DNA from: Blastocladiella emersonii ATCC 22665
Lineage: Eukaryota > Fungi > Blastocladiomycota
DNA length: 64,000 bases
Assembly (NCBI GenBank): GCA_025594325.1
Contig: JANHCV010000003.1
Coordinates: 2,232,001 to 2,296,000, forward strand
Direction: 5' to 3'
The notes under the pieces were generated by a model that ran no database searches, was not told the origin of the DNA, and was given only the letters and a program-made list of their open reading frames with translations. Of this stretch, positions 46,955 to 57,619 are shown one piece after another; position 1 is the stretch's first letter; the number at the start of each line of letters is the position of its first letter. The position numbers and the translations under genes are program-made.

Positions 46955-49120
46955 ATGAAGCATAAACCCGGCGGCGGCGGCGACCGCAAGCGCAAATCGC
47001 TCCGCGACATGGCGCGGGACGCCTGGCAACGCGTCACTTCGCGGCGTCCCGCGTCTTCGTCTTCCTCGGCGTCTCCCTCTTCTCTTCCGGCCGAAGAAAC
47101 AAATGTATCAACTCCGACCACGCGAGCTCTTGATACGAACGTGGACCAGGATCATGCGGCCCAAGTGGATTGCGCGGCTCCATCCTTTGCATCGAACCAG
47201 GTCCCGACGACGGCTCAATTCGGGCACGCCGGCTCTCATTCATCTCAAATCGCTGGTCCAGGCGCTCAGCCTCCTACCTTGCCGCGTCCCGAGCGGAAGC
47301 AGTATTTTCTCGCACCCCGGGACCCTGCTGCACCCGATCCGATGCCAATGCTCTCATGCCGGCCTGAACCTCCGTCGTCGGGCGGCTCCATGATCCCCAC
47401 GCACCTCACAACAGGCGTTTCTTTCAATAATCTCAAGTTTAACAAACCGCGCGCGAGCTCTCCGCCTGCTCCCCCGCCTCCGCCGCCTGGTGCTCTCTGT
47501 CGCATCGTCAACAAGGACGACATCCTCAAGGACAGCCTCGACCCGCTCGGCCAGCAAATCGGGCCACCGACGGAGCAGTCCTCGCTTCTCTTCTCGCAGA
47601 TCCCGGACGACATCATGCTCGACATACTTGGACTTCTCATCTCGCCCGCTCACGGTTCGAAATACTTGCGCTCTATGCCCAAACCGCTGATCGGATTCGC
47701 CAATGCCTCGCGTCACACCTACCGCCTTGCCACTGAGGCGTATGCCTCGCGTCGTGGTCTCTTCCTTGGCGGCAAACTCACATCCGATACAGCTGGGTCA
47801 GCTCCACCGGTCCTCGAGCTTCTCGCACAACCACCCTTGATGTCGCATCGCGCGGGCGCCCTCATCCTGTATGTTTCGCTCAACAAGGCGACAACCTTTT
47901 TCGAGGAGTACGTGCGACTCGACGATATTCAAGTTTGCATCAACGGGGTTCGCGACGTCCGCGTGAGTATCGGCGGAGGCACGGGCGCGGAATTGGCGGG
48001 ACTGCCGGCCTCTTGGTACACCAACATCGGGCGCAGCCTTGGCCGCGCCGTTCTCAAACGGACGTCTAACCTGCTCAACGGAGAACCGTTCTCGCTCCGG
48101 TTTTGGGCCCATAGTCCACTGGCGTGCAAAAACGCCGGTCACGTCTTTGACGGCTTCGCACAAGAAGTCCCCGCGAACTTGCTTTGTTCACTCGCTGTCT
48201 CGTTTCTGGACTCGAAAGTCGGATTGACCCGGTTGCTCTCATTTGACCTCTCTAATTTCCAGGCTCTCACCCGCATGTCGTACACGGCCGCTACGATAAC
48301 GGCCACCGTCCTCGCGAACATACTGACTCTTCCACGCCTTGCCGAGCTGCACGTTGCCGCTCTTCCCGTGGCTGACCTTGAGCACAACGCTGCGGTCCTT
48401 GGGGACGCACCATCATCGCCAAAGTCACTTCGCTACTTCCGGCTCACCATGGTGATGAACAACCACTCGTTTGGATTACAAAGCGAGCGCTTTTCTCACG
48501 CCCCGGACGCTTGGTTCTGCGTGCTTGCTCGGGCCCAGCCAATCTCGTACACCATCTTGACGGATTCCGAGGACGCCAACCTCGTCCTTGCACACATCGG
48601 GGCCATCAATGCCGCGCGGCTAACGCAGCTCATGGTGCATTCGTCGATCCCCGGATTCAACACGCCAGCCGTGCTCTCAGCGCTCCCGCCTTCAGTCCTT
48701 GCGCTTGATTTTGGCGTTGATGAACTCAACGATCGTCGCATACCTGTCGTCGCGCCGCGGACTCCGAGCTCGCCCAACTCCTGCATCACCTTTGTCGAGA
48801 CCAGCGAGGCAGCGTGGTTGGCCATGATTCGTTGCGGTGTCACTAAGTGGACGCCGCGCCTCCAAGTCATCCGCGTCAACGTTTCCAGTCCTAACGGACT
48901 CGCCGTGCTTCTCATTCTCGACTCGTTCACGAAACACGTCGCTGGAACGAGCTGGACGCGCTTCGAGGTGCTCTTTGGCCAGACTTTCCCGTCGGCGGAC
49001 TTGGGTGTGGCCGAGTTTCTCGCATTGCTCCCGGCCAAGTGTTCCCGCTGGTCGGGTCGCGTGCTGCACATCCGCGGGCGCGAGTCGAAGCGCGTCGTCT
49101 TGACTCGGGGTACGGCGTGA
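46955..49120 (+). CDS. Putative F-box-like / LRR-like protein (~720 aa)
   Basis: Long intronless ORF. LFSQIPDDIMLDILGLL...IGFANASRHTYRLA resembles an F-box, followed by LxxLxL-type segments (FQALTRMSY, LPRLAELHV, SLRYFRLT, RLTQLMV). GC3 is lower than in the core genes. Confidence 0.55.
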   Translation: MKHKPGGGGDRKRKSLRDMARDAWQRVTSRRPASSSSSASPSSLPAEETNVSTPTTRALDTNVDQDHAAQVDCAAPSFASNQVPTTAQFGHAGSHSSQIAGPGAQPPTLPRPERKQYFLAPRDPAAPDPMPMLSCRPEPPSSGGSMIPTHLTTGVSFNNLKFNKPRASSPPAPPPPPPGALCRIVNKDDILKDSLDPLGQQIGPPTEQSSLLFSQIPDDIMLDILGLLISPAHGSKYLRSMPKPLIGFANASRHTYRLATEAYASRRGLFLGGKLTSDTAGSAPPVLELLAQPPLMSHRAGALILYVSLNKATTFFEEYVRLDDIQVCINGVRDVRVSIGGGTGAELAGLPASWYTNIGRSLGRAVLKRTSNLLNGEPFSLRFWAHSPLACKNAGHVFDGFAQEVPANLLCSLAVSFLDSKVGLTRLLSFDLSNFQALTRMSYTAATITATVLANILTLPRLAELHVAALPVADLEHNAAVLGDAPSSPKSLRYFRLTMVMNNHSFGLQSERFSHAPDAWFCVLARAQPISYTILTDSEDANLVLAHIGAINAARLTQLMVHSSIPGFNTPAVLSALPPSVLALDFGVDELNDRRIPVVAPRTPSSPNSCITFVETSEAAWLAMIRCGVTKWTPRLQVIRVNVSSPNGLAVLLILDSFTKHVAGTSWTRFEVLFGQTFPSADLGVAEFLALLPAKCSRWSGRVLHIRGRESKRVVLTRGTA

Positions 49121-49146
49121 ACGAGCGGGCCCGGCTTCGACAATTT

Positions 49147-49179
49147 GTGGTGGTGGTGGTGGTGGTGGTGGTGGTGGTG
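49147..49179. repeat. (GTG)11 microsatellite
   Basis: Perfect 33-bp trinucleotide run just after the stop of the preceding gene. Confidence 0.95.
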
Positions 49180-49569
49180 TAGTTTCAGTTGTGCTGATAA
49201 AACCGACTTTGCTGAGCGACATGTGTGGTGCGCCTGACGGGCGATCCTAACTTCGCTGAGATGCCTGCGAAGGTCGTTCGGGGTGCCGCGTCTTTTAATC
49301 AGAGCTTTCTCGATTCACACGGTGTACGCCTCGATTACAATTTCCCTCTCTTTTTACTGGATAACACGTCCCCACTGTGCTTTCCGGCCAGGCGAAAGAC
49401 GTGTTCGAATATCATGTGACTATCATGCTGTGGCGCAGCGCGTCCCGCGCGCGTCGTTGAGGGTGTCCCCACGAGCTCGTTAAGAGCTTCGGTGGCCATT
49501 TAAGCATCTCCGCCGCTTGATGCGCACCAAACTCGTTCCATTCGACGCGACGACGTGCACGGAAGTACG

Positions 49570-49593
49570 CGACTGCGACTGCGACTGCGACTG
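49570..49593. repeat. (CGACTG)4 microsatellite
   Basis: Perfect hexamer run. Confidence 0.9.
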
Positions 49594-50813
49594 ACCGCCT
49601 CTTCGTTTCGGGGCCCAAAGTCGAGGGACCCCCGACCTTGTGCATGTATCTATTGGCGAATCACTTGAGAGTTACACGAAACGTGTTGGTCGACATGTGG
49701 CTCACCTATAACGGAATGAGTCTTCAAGTAGAATGAAATAAGACTTAGAGTTCAAACGAAACGAGTCTTTGAGTTCGGACGAACCAAGTCTTCAAATTGG
49801 AGCTTACTCTCAGGAAGCAGGTCAAAAGGATTAAAGAACGTTAACCCGTTATGAGTGAACCGTTGGTGCTGTTGTACTCTGGTGTTACCGCCGTCCTTGG
49901 CCGCGACTTCGTTGTGCTTGGTGTCAAAGAGGCTCACGCTTTCGTCGGTACGCGCAAGGTCCCATCGCATCGCGACCGTAAAGTCGGGGAGCGCCGCGAT
50001 GAACGTCGGGTCGGGCTTTTTCTTGCATGGTGGCGCGTCAAGGCTGCGACGAACTTAGCCAACGGATCGTCGTGACCCTCAGTGTCCCTGCGCATCAGCA
50101 CGGCGCACATGCGCGGCGAGCGGGCTCAGTGCCACACGCATACGGAGGCGACGGGGACAAGGCGGAAACGGTACAACGCGATGCGCCAGTGCGCGACATC
50201 GCGCACCTTGACATCGGCGGCAAGCCATGAGTCGAGGAAGATGTGTTTGCCTGGGTGCCGACTTTCTGCCAACAACTTGACCAAGTTAGCGGATGGAATG
50301 CACCTGCGTTAACACAATTAGGTAACGCTATGATTTGTTGTCGATGTAACCCGAGCCGGTTGTGCCCGTTGGTCGGCGGTCTTCGAGGCGGAAGCGGCTG
50401 TGGCTCAGCCGACGCGTCGTTCATCTCACCCCTCCCCTCTCACACAGGCACCAAGTCACAGAACACGGAAAATGCATTCTACAGGAGACTAATAAACGAA
50501 CAAAAAACTTGCGCGCCTCGCGCGCGCCGTCGCCGGGAAACGCCAAGTGTAGGAAAAAGGTGCGATGCCCAAGTATACGACTGGACAAATTGATGAGTGG
50601 CGGCAACGGCGATGCCGCCGCGGGATGACGTTTCCCGTTCTAACGCGGGCGGGTGAGCGGGAAGAGGACGGTGATGAGATGCGAGGTGGTGATTAATGTA
50701 GGTACACGGTACGATGATGAGGGGCACGGAAGAATCAAAAACACAGGAGAGGGAGCGGAGGGAGCGGGCGGCGGGCGGAGTAGCACACACGCGACCAGCC
50801 AGCCGACCGAAAT

Positions 50814-52927
50814 CTAGCGCCGGATCAGGCTGACGAGCCCGACCAAGCTGAGCGTGACGAGGGCGCCCATGCCGACGAGGACCACGGGGTGCTCGAGCGG
50901 CTTGTCGCTGCTGAGGAAGTTGTCGAGCCACGTCATGGGCTTGGGCCCGGCCGCGGCGGCCGCAACCGCTCCTGGTGCTGCTGGCTGCACCTCGCCAGCG
51001 CCGGCCACGGCGCCGTACCCGACCACGTCGCCGACAGTCGCTGCCGTTGCGGACCGTTCGCGTGGTGCGGAGGCGGACGCGGGCGCGGACGCAGAGCCGT
51101 GCGAGAGGTTGGACCCGGGCGACGCCTGCATGGCGCGGGCGAGGTCGGCGCTGTTGCCCTGGTACAGCTCGGTAGCGGTATCGTCGTGGCCGTTGACGCC
51201 CGTCATGCCCGAGGTGCGTCGGCGCGGAAACTGCGCGGGTTCGGCGCCCGAGGACACGCCGTTGATCTTGAGCAGGATGCGGCGCTGGCCGGCGTCGCGC
51301 GCCATGGCGACGGCCGCGGCGAGGTCCGCGTCGCACTGCACGGCGATATCGTCGCCGTCCTCGTCCGAGTACGATAACGTGTTGATCTCGACGTGCGCGC
51401 CGATCTTCTCCTTGAGGAGCGACACGAGGAACGCGAGGTTGGTCGGCGACGTGACGCGGTGCACCTGCAGCGTCGACGGGTCGCGGAACTTGAAGATGAA
51501 GCACTGCTCCGGGTCGAACCCGGGCACGCCGCCGGTCCCGCTGCCGCCGAGGTAGGTCACCGAGTCCGACACGACCGACGCCGAGTCGGACGGCCGGATG
51601 AGCGAGGGCGCCGAGGGCCCGCCGACGCCGCCGCCGGACCGTTCCGGATGCGACAGGAGCGACTCGGTATCACCGCCGATGGTGGTGCCGTTATTTTCGG
51701 GGGCAAACGTCGAAGTCCAGAACTCGTTCCAGGCGGGCCCGTCCTGCTCGCGCGCCGCGGTGATCTTCTCAAGCACGTTGTAGGTGAGCTTGAGCACGTC
51801 GACGAGGCCAATGACCTCGGTGCCGTCGACGACGGGCAGGTGCAGGTAGCGGTTGTCGTGCATCATCTTGAGCGCGTCGTAGATGGAGGTGTTGGTGTTG
51901 CACGTGTCGGGGTGCGGGGTCATGACGCGGATGATGGAGGTGACCGAGGGGTCGGCCTTGACGGACATGACGCGCAGGACAATGTCCTTGGAGGTGAAGA
52001 TGCCGGCGAGGCGGTGGTTGTCCTCGAAGATGAGCACGGCCGTCGACTTGAACTGCTTCATGGCGCGGGCCGCGTCCTTGACCGTGGCCTTGAGCGTGAG
52101 CTCGGGCGGCATCATGGACTCGGCCGAGAGGATGGACGAGAGGTCCGGGCACAGCATCTTCTGTCGGATCATCTCGAACTGCTGCGACAGGGCGGCGTTG
52201 ATGCCCGTGGAGGCCCAGTCGCGCTGCACGTCCTCGAGCGCGTCGGTCAGCTTCTTGCTGGACCCGTAGATGGTGTCGATGCGCTCGAGGGCCTCGTACA
52301 GGCACTTGGTGATGTCGAGGACGCCGACCACGTCGCCCTCGTCGTCCATGACGGGCAGGTGGCGGAACCCGCCCGAGATCATGGTGGAGAGGGCCTCGGA
52401 GGCGGTCGAGTTGGCGTTGACAAACTGCACGTTTTTGGTCATGACCTCGAAGACCTTGGTCGAGTTGATGTCGAGGCCCTCGGCCACGACGCGGAAGGCG
52501 AGGTCCTTGTCGGTGATGATGCCGCACAGGCGGTCCTGCTGGTCGACGACGAGCAGGGCGTCGCACCGGCGCGCGGCCATGAGCTGGGCCGCGTCAAAGG
52601 CGCGCACCGACTGGCGGATGGTGACGGGCGGGGTCGGGCGCAGCGCAGCGACGGTGCCGGCCTTGGCGTGCGGGATGAGCGACGCCTGCGATTGGCTCCG
52701 CGCGGGCGTGCGGCGGCCCGACTTGCGCATGAGCTCTGCGGGGAGGCGAGGGCGACAGTGAGCAAGGGGCCGGCAGCACAGCATCGGGGCGGCAAGAGCA
52801 GCGTACCCTGGTCGACCTTGCGGCGGATGGCGTCGTCCTTGGCCTTGTGGCGGCGGCGCGCGCCCGACGACGGGTCGGCCACGACGCTGGACACGGATCC
52901 CGTGCGCGAGAGGCCAGCGCTCATCAT
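50814..52927 (-). CDS. CBS-domain (x4) + PB1 + C-terminal membrane-anchor protein, Mug70/CBSCBSPB-like (~680 aa); intron 52736-52806
   Basis: KAKDDAIRRKVDQELMRK after splicing. CBS motifs LCGIITDKDLAFRVVAEG, GGFRHLPVM, LAGIFTSKDIVLRV, NRYLHLPVV. PB1 LSYSDEDGDDIAVQCDADL. Terminal hydrophobic helix VVLVGMGALVTLSLVGLVSLI. Confidence 0.88.
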
Positions 52928-53528
52928 GGTGGAGCGGCGGCGGGGTTGTTGTTGGTGGTGGTGGTGGTAGGCTCACAGGTCTAGCAGCGGTAGCTGACGC
53001 TGGGCCCGAATCTGGGGGTCGAGGAACGACGACGACGAGTCCTGCAGCTGCTCACGAGGGAGAACAGGCAGGCCGGGTAGGAGAACCAGTGCGCGGTCCT
53101 CGATGAAGCGCGGGCCGCGAGAGGGTGTCGATGCGTCTAGCCGCGATGCGGGCGGCGGCGGTTCGTTGCAGGTGGGGGGTGTAGGCGATGGCCGCGAGCA
53201 GCGATGGGAGCCTGCGCACGAGAGAGAGGGTCTGCCGCGGGCGTGGCGGCGGAGGCGGTGCGAGCAGCGAGGGAAATGTGCAACGTTCCGCAAATCAAGC
53301 CCACGCTAGGCAACTTTATGCTGCGCTGTCGCTGTCGCTGCCGCTGGCCATGTCGAGCGGGCAGAGACGGCTCCCCGGACCGCCCGATCGCCGAGGCAGC
53401 TGAGCCACGTGCGGCCGCGTCACATGATTTCTCGACGCGCCCTTGAGCCCTCGGCTTCGAGTCCACGCTCCCCGCTCCTCTTCCAGCTTGCTCACATCCC
53501 TCGCAATCACACACGTTAAGCTCATGCA

Positions 53529-54902
53529 ATGCTGACCATGGGTCAAACCGGCTCCTTCCCCTCAACGTGTCAAGACAATATGACAGTCGAGTGGTCCGCG
53601 CTGCCGGACCTCGCGCTGCTCTCAGTTCTCGCGAGGCTGACCGTCCGCGACCTCTTTTCGCTCGCCGCAGCGTCGCGCGCATGGCACACCCGCCTTTCGC
53701 CGAGCAACGACGATCTGTGGGCCGCCCTCTTGCACATCTACGCTCCCGTTGCCGCGCCCGTCCTTCTCGCGCGCCACTCGCTAAACGTGCTCGGCATGGA
53801 CCTCCACCACGCTCTCTTGCTCGCTATCTCTTTCCCAAAAACCACCGCGACCCGCATCCACCAGTGGGGCGAGCATTACAACGGAGCGGACAACTGGTGG
53901 ACGCCGCGTGGCGTCACCTCGCTGCCCGCGTTTGCGCCCGTCTCGCGCGCGCCCATCGTGCAGCTCGCCATGACGGGGTTCGGCACATTCGCCGTGTATT
54001 CTGACGGCATGCTGCTTCGTGCGGGCAGCATCGGGCAGCACGACTCGGGTCGATCGTGTGCTGTGCTGCCGACCGGCGTGAAGCGCGTCGTCGCCGGCCG
54101 CACCGTGCTCGCGTACCAAGACGCGATGGATTGCTGGCGAATACTCGCGGCCGGCTACTCGAGCGCAACAGCGGCGCCCGTGCTGACCTACGCCCCACGC
54201 GACCCGCACCGCGTGCTTGTTGGGTCGGGCGCGAGCGGGGTGGTCGCGTTTGACCCGAACGCGGATGACCCGCACGTTGTCTTCGTCAACAGCGGGTACT
54301 CGACGCGGCGAATTGCGCTTCCGCTCGACGCGGACGAGGTGGTAGCAGTGGGCGGCAACCTCGACCAGGTCGTTGTCGCGACTCGCAAGCGCGTACTCAA
54401 GACCAAACTGCCATCGCTCCCTGCTTTCGCCGAGGCACTCGTTGTCGATTGGATGACCGCTTTCGAAGCCGATCCTGACGAGAAAATCACGGCTCTCACC
54501 ACGTTCTGGCAGTCCATGGCTGTCACCACTACGCGTCGCGTCGTCGTCATCCACCCTCTCACTTATTCCTCTCTCGCCACGACCACGCTGCCCGTCCCGC
54601 CCTCGGCGATTCGCCAAGTCGCACTCGGCAACCGGAGCTTTGGGTACCTGACGCACGACGGCCGCGTCTTCACGTGGGACCCGCGCGGACTTGACGGCCG
54701 TCTGCGCCCTGACCTCGCGACAGCGCCCGTGGTCGCCGTCGAGAAGCGCGAGTACGCGGCGAGCCGTAACGCTGCGCTGCACCTCGCCATGGGCGGATCC
54801 ATGGCCGCGGTCGTCGTGATCGACCTCGACGCGTCCCGCCGAGGACTAAGCAGTGTAATGAACAGCGTGTCGGACATGTGGAATCGCTTTCAGAACTTCT
54901 GA
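53529..54902 (+). CDS. F-box protein with RCC1-like beta-propeller repeats (Saf1/Pof9-like)
   Basis: F-box WSALPDLALLSVLARLTVRDLFSLAAASRAW. RCC1-like units PIVQLAMTGFGTFAVYSDG, IRQVALGNRSFGYLTHDGRVFTW, ALHLAMGGSMAAVV. The true start could be ATG 53529, 53538 or 53580. Confidence 0.72.
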   Translation: MLTMGQTGSFPSTCQDNMTVEWSALPDLALLSVLARLTVRDLFSLAAASRAWHTRLSPSNDDLWAALLHIYAPVAAPVLLARHSLNVLGMDLHHALLLAISFPKTTATRIHQWGEHYNGADNWWTPRGVTSLPAFAPVSRAPIVQLAMTGFGTFAVYSDGMLLRAGSIGQHDSGRSCAVLPTGVKRVVAGRTVLAYQDAMDCWRILAAGYSSATAAPVLTYAPRDPHRVLVGSGASGVVAFDPNADDPHVVFVNSGYSTRRIALPLDADEVVAVGGNLDQVVVATRKRVLKTKLPSLPAFAEALVVDWMTAFEADPDEKITALTTFWQSMAVTTTRRVVVIHPLTYSSLATTTLPVPPSAIRQVALGNRSFGYLTHDGRVFTWDPRGLDGRLRPDLATAPVVAVEKREYAASRNAALHLAMGGSMAAVVVIDLDASRRGLSSVMNSVSDMWNRFQNF

Positions 54903-55220
54903 CAGCGCCTGTAGAAGAGTGATATACGTTCGCGATAGGTTTTAAGAGCGTCGAGCGAGTGTTCTCAAGTACTGGCGACTTGCGAAGCGAGGTCGTAGCC
55001 GAGTCGCGCGGGACGCGATGCGCCACTCACGTCAGTGGCGCGTCGCCTCTGAGTGCGTGGTTTGGAATCGTAAGTTGTCTGCAAAGCTGTCGACTTGGCC
55101 GCTGCAACGAGCATGATCACCGTCACCGTCACCGTCACTTCCAAGCCCCACTCCCTCCACAACTTGCGATCGGTCGGGTGTCTGTCACATGGAGACACCA
55201 CGCGCGCAGCACGCCGCCAG

Positions 55221-55278
55221 ATCTGCAAGCTGTCACACGAGAAATACCAATCTGCAAGCTGTCGCACGAGAAATACCA
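55221..55278 (+). repeat. 29-bp direct tandem duplication (1 mismatch)
   Basis: ATCTGCAAGCTGTC(A/G)CACGAGAAATACCA twice. Confidence 0.9.
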
Positions 55279-57619
55279 TGGACGCGGGAGCGCGAACGCA
55301 ACCGGGGCCTGTTGTCTGGCTCTCCTTCCACGCTCGCGGTCAAGAAGAGCGGTCAACAAGCCTAAGAGTTCATCGGCGCGTCCTAACCGCCTTGAAGCCG
55401 CTGAAGATGGCCTCGACGCAGCGCGTTCAACGACAGCGGATCCTCGTGATACTCCCTTCCTGGCACCAGATCAGCGTCACCGTTGCTCCGGGCCCGTGCT
55501 TGCGTCGCGGACATGGACGCGCGGAAGATGGCGTGAATCTAACGCGGTACACAGGGTGTACTTATCGCGGTTAAGATCACTATTAGTGCGAGCCCGGCCG
55601 AGGGGGAGGATGCCGCCGAACGCTGGCATGGACAGTTGTGTGGCGCATAAGAAGATCGAGCGGGTTCGGCAGTCCTCCCCAAGTACGAGGTCCAGAGCGG
55701 ATCCGGGCGAGTTGAGCGAGATGCGGCGAGATCGGGGAGAAGCAGAGCGGGTTGCCCTCATGTATTGCGTCCGAGTTCCATGAGCCGTCACGGCGCGAGT
55801 TCTGATGCATGGAGTCAAGTGCGGGGAGTGCTGATCGGGTGTCGGGGATGGCGAGGAAGATGGCGTACCAGCGGGGATCGTCGGCGGAGCGCGGGCCACA
55901 TCGAGCACAGGCGTGGGCGCCGATCACGTTGCACTTGCAGGGGCGGCCGCCTCGCGACGCGTCTGCCCGCGCGCACTCGTTCTCTACACAAGATCGTCCG
56001 TATCAAACAGCGGGACTGTTGAGAGCAGAGGCACATGAAGCAATATGCTGACCGGACCTTCAGCGGTCCCGTGGCCGAGGGGGTAGTACGGGCCGTTGCG
56101 CCCGCAAGTCGGCCACTGATCGCGAAGCGGGACTCGTCGAGATGGTTGCCCCGCCTCACCCCACTTGAGCGCTCCACCAGTAAGTGGCTATACGATGCTA
56201 AGGTCAGTTCATGCATGATGAGGTCGATGCGGGTGGGACGAGCGAGGGTCGCGGCTAATGCAGGTCAGCGATGGTCAAGATGCTCGCACAGCTTCAGCCG
56301 GCCCAGATGTAGCGGTGGCACATCCCGAGCAGTGCGATCCTCATGCGCATGATATGACCTGGTCCGCCGTGTCGCTGTACATGGGCGAGATCATGGCAAC
56401 TGTCGCGGGAACAGGACGATGCTGACGGGGCATGCGCAGAGACTTCGTTGCAGCTAGTTCCCGAGGCTTTTGTGCATAGGATTCATGGTCTCGACAATTA
56501 TCGAGTTTGACATGAGTGCGTGGGAGAGCAGCGATCGACGAGGCGGTGGCGATCACGAAGGCGAAAGCACTCAGCAACGGGTCACGTGGTGTGAGCGACA
56601 CGTTCGCTCTCGCCAACCCGGGCCAGCTCCTGACGTTTGTTGACACCAGGCAAACACCTTTGGTGATCACCGCTGTCGTGATTCTCGACTTCATACGAAA
56701 GCGCGCGTGCTGATCCCGCGCACACGCGCCGCTCGCGTGACGTCTCGCATCGACGCGTCCCGGGCGTCTCCATTTTCGAGACGCGTCCCCCGCCACCGCG
56801 ATCGGCTTCCCGCTGCAATCGAAGATGATTTCCGCGAGCGGGCGCACGTGTACGTCTTCGCCCTTGCTGATAAGCCGCGAAACACTCGCGCGCGCACGGC
56901 GTGTCTCGCACGGCGACTGCTTCCTGGCGTTGCTATGTTATGATCTGCTCGAGAATGATTTTGAACGCACTCAATCACCACGCTGACCCAGGCGCGTCGC
57001 GACACGCGCCTTGCTGCCCCGCTCAGGCACCATCGCTCGCCGCACGCTCGCGCCCCCACGGCCCACCCTCTCCCTCCAACGTTCGCGCTCGCGCCCTCCA
57101 TACTCCCTGCAACCGCCAGTACTCGACGGCGCGCACGCATCGACCATGATCAGCCCCCGCGATCCGATCCGGGTCGAGCAACCTCCCGCACAACACCATG
57201 TATCAACCATCATCTCGCCTCGCTCGCTGCCCGTGTGTGTGCGCGCGCCTGAAGTTGAACGGTACGGGGGACTTTCAAGCTTATCTCGACGACGGATCTC
57301 TCCTTCCTCCCTTCCCCAATCCTGAGCGTCAGCGGCGGCGAGGCAAGTCGGGTGGTCGACGCTCTCATCCCTTCACCTCCTCTCATCCTGAGCGTCGGCG
57401 GCGGCGAGACGCATTGGTTGAGGCTCGCTCTCATTTCTCTCATTCCTTTCCCTCGGCCGTCATGTGCGTCGGTGGCCGCGGCCACGACCTGCTTCGTTCC
57501 ATCATGCCCTCCCTGGAACGGCCCGGTCGCAACGCCTCCCCGTACCAGCAATCACAATACGATCGTGTTGCTGACTCCCGTTTGTTATCACCCTGTTACC
57601 CCGCTCGTAACTCTTGTGT

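Noticed and set aside
8498-52927. Two CBS(Bateman)-domain genes in one window as a functional cluster
   Set aside because: They are 40 kb apart and belong to unrelated families; CBS domains are common.
55221-55278. 29-bp repeat as a CRISPR array
   Set aside because: Only two abutting copies, no spacers, no cas genes, eukaryotic context.
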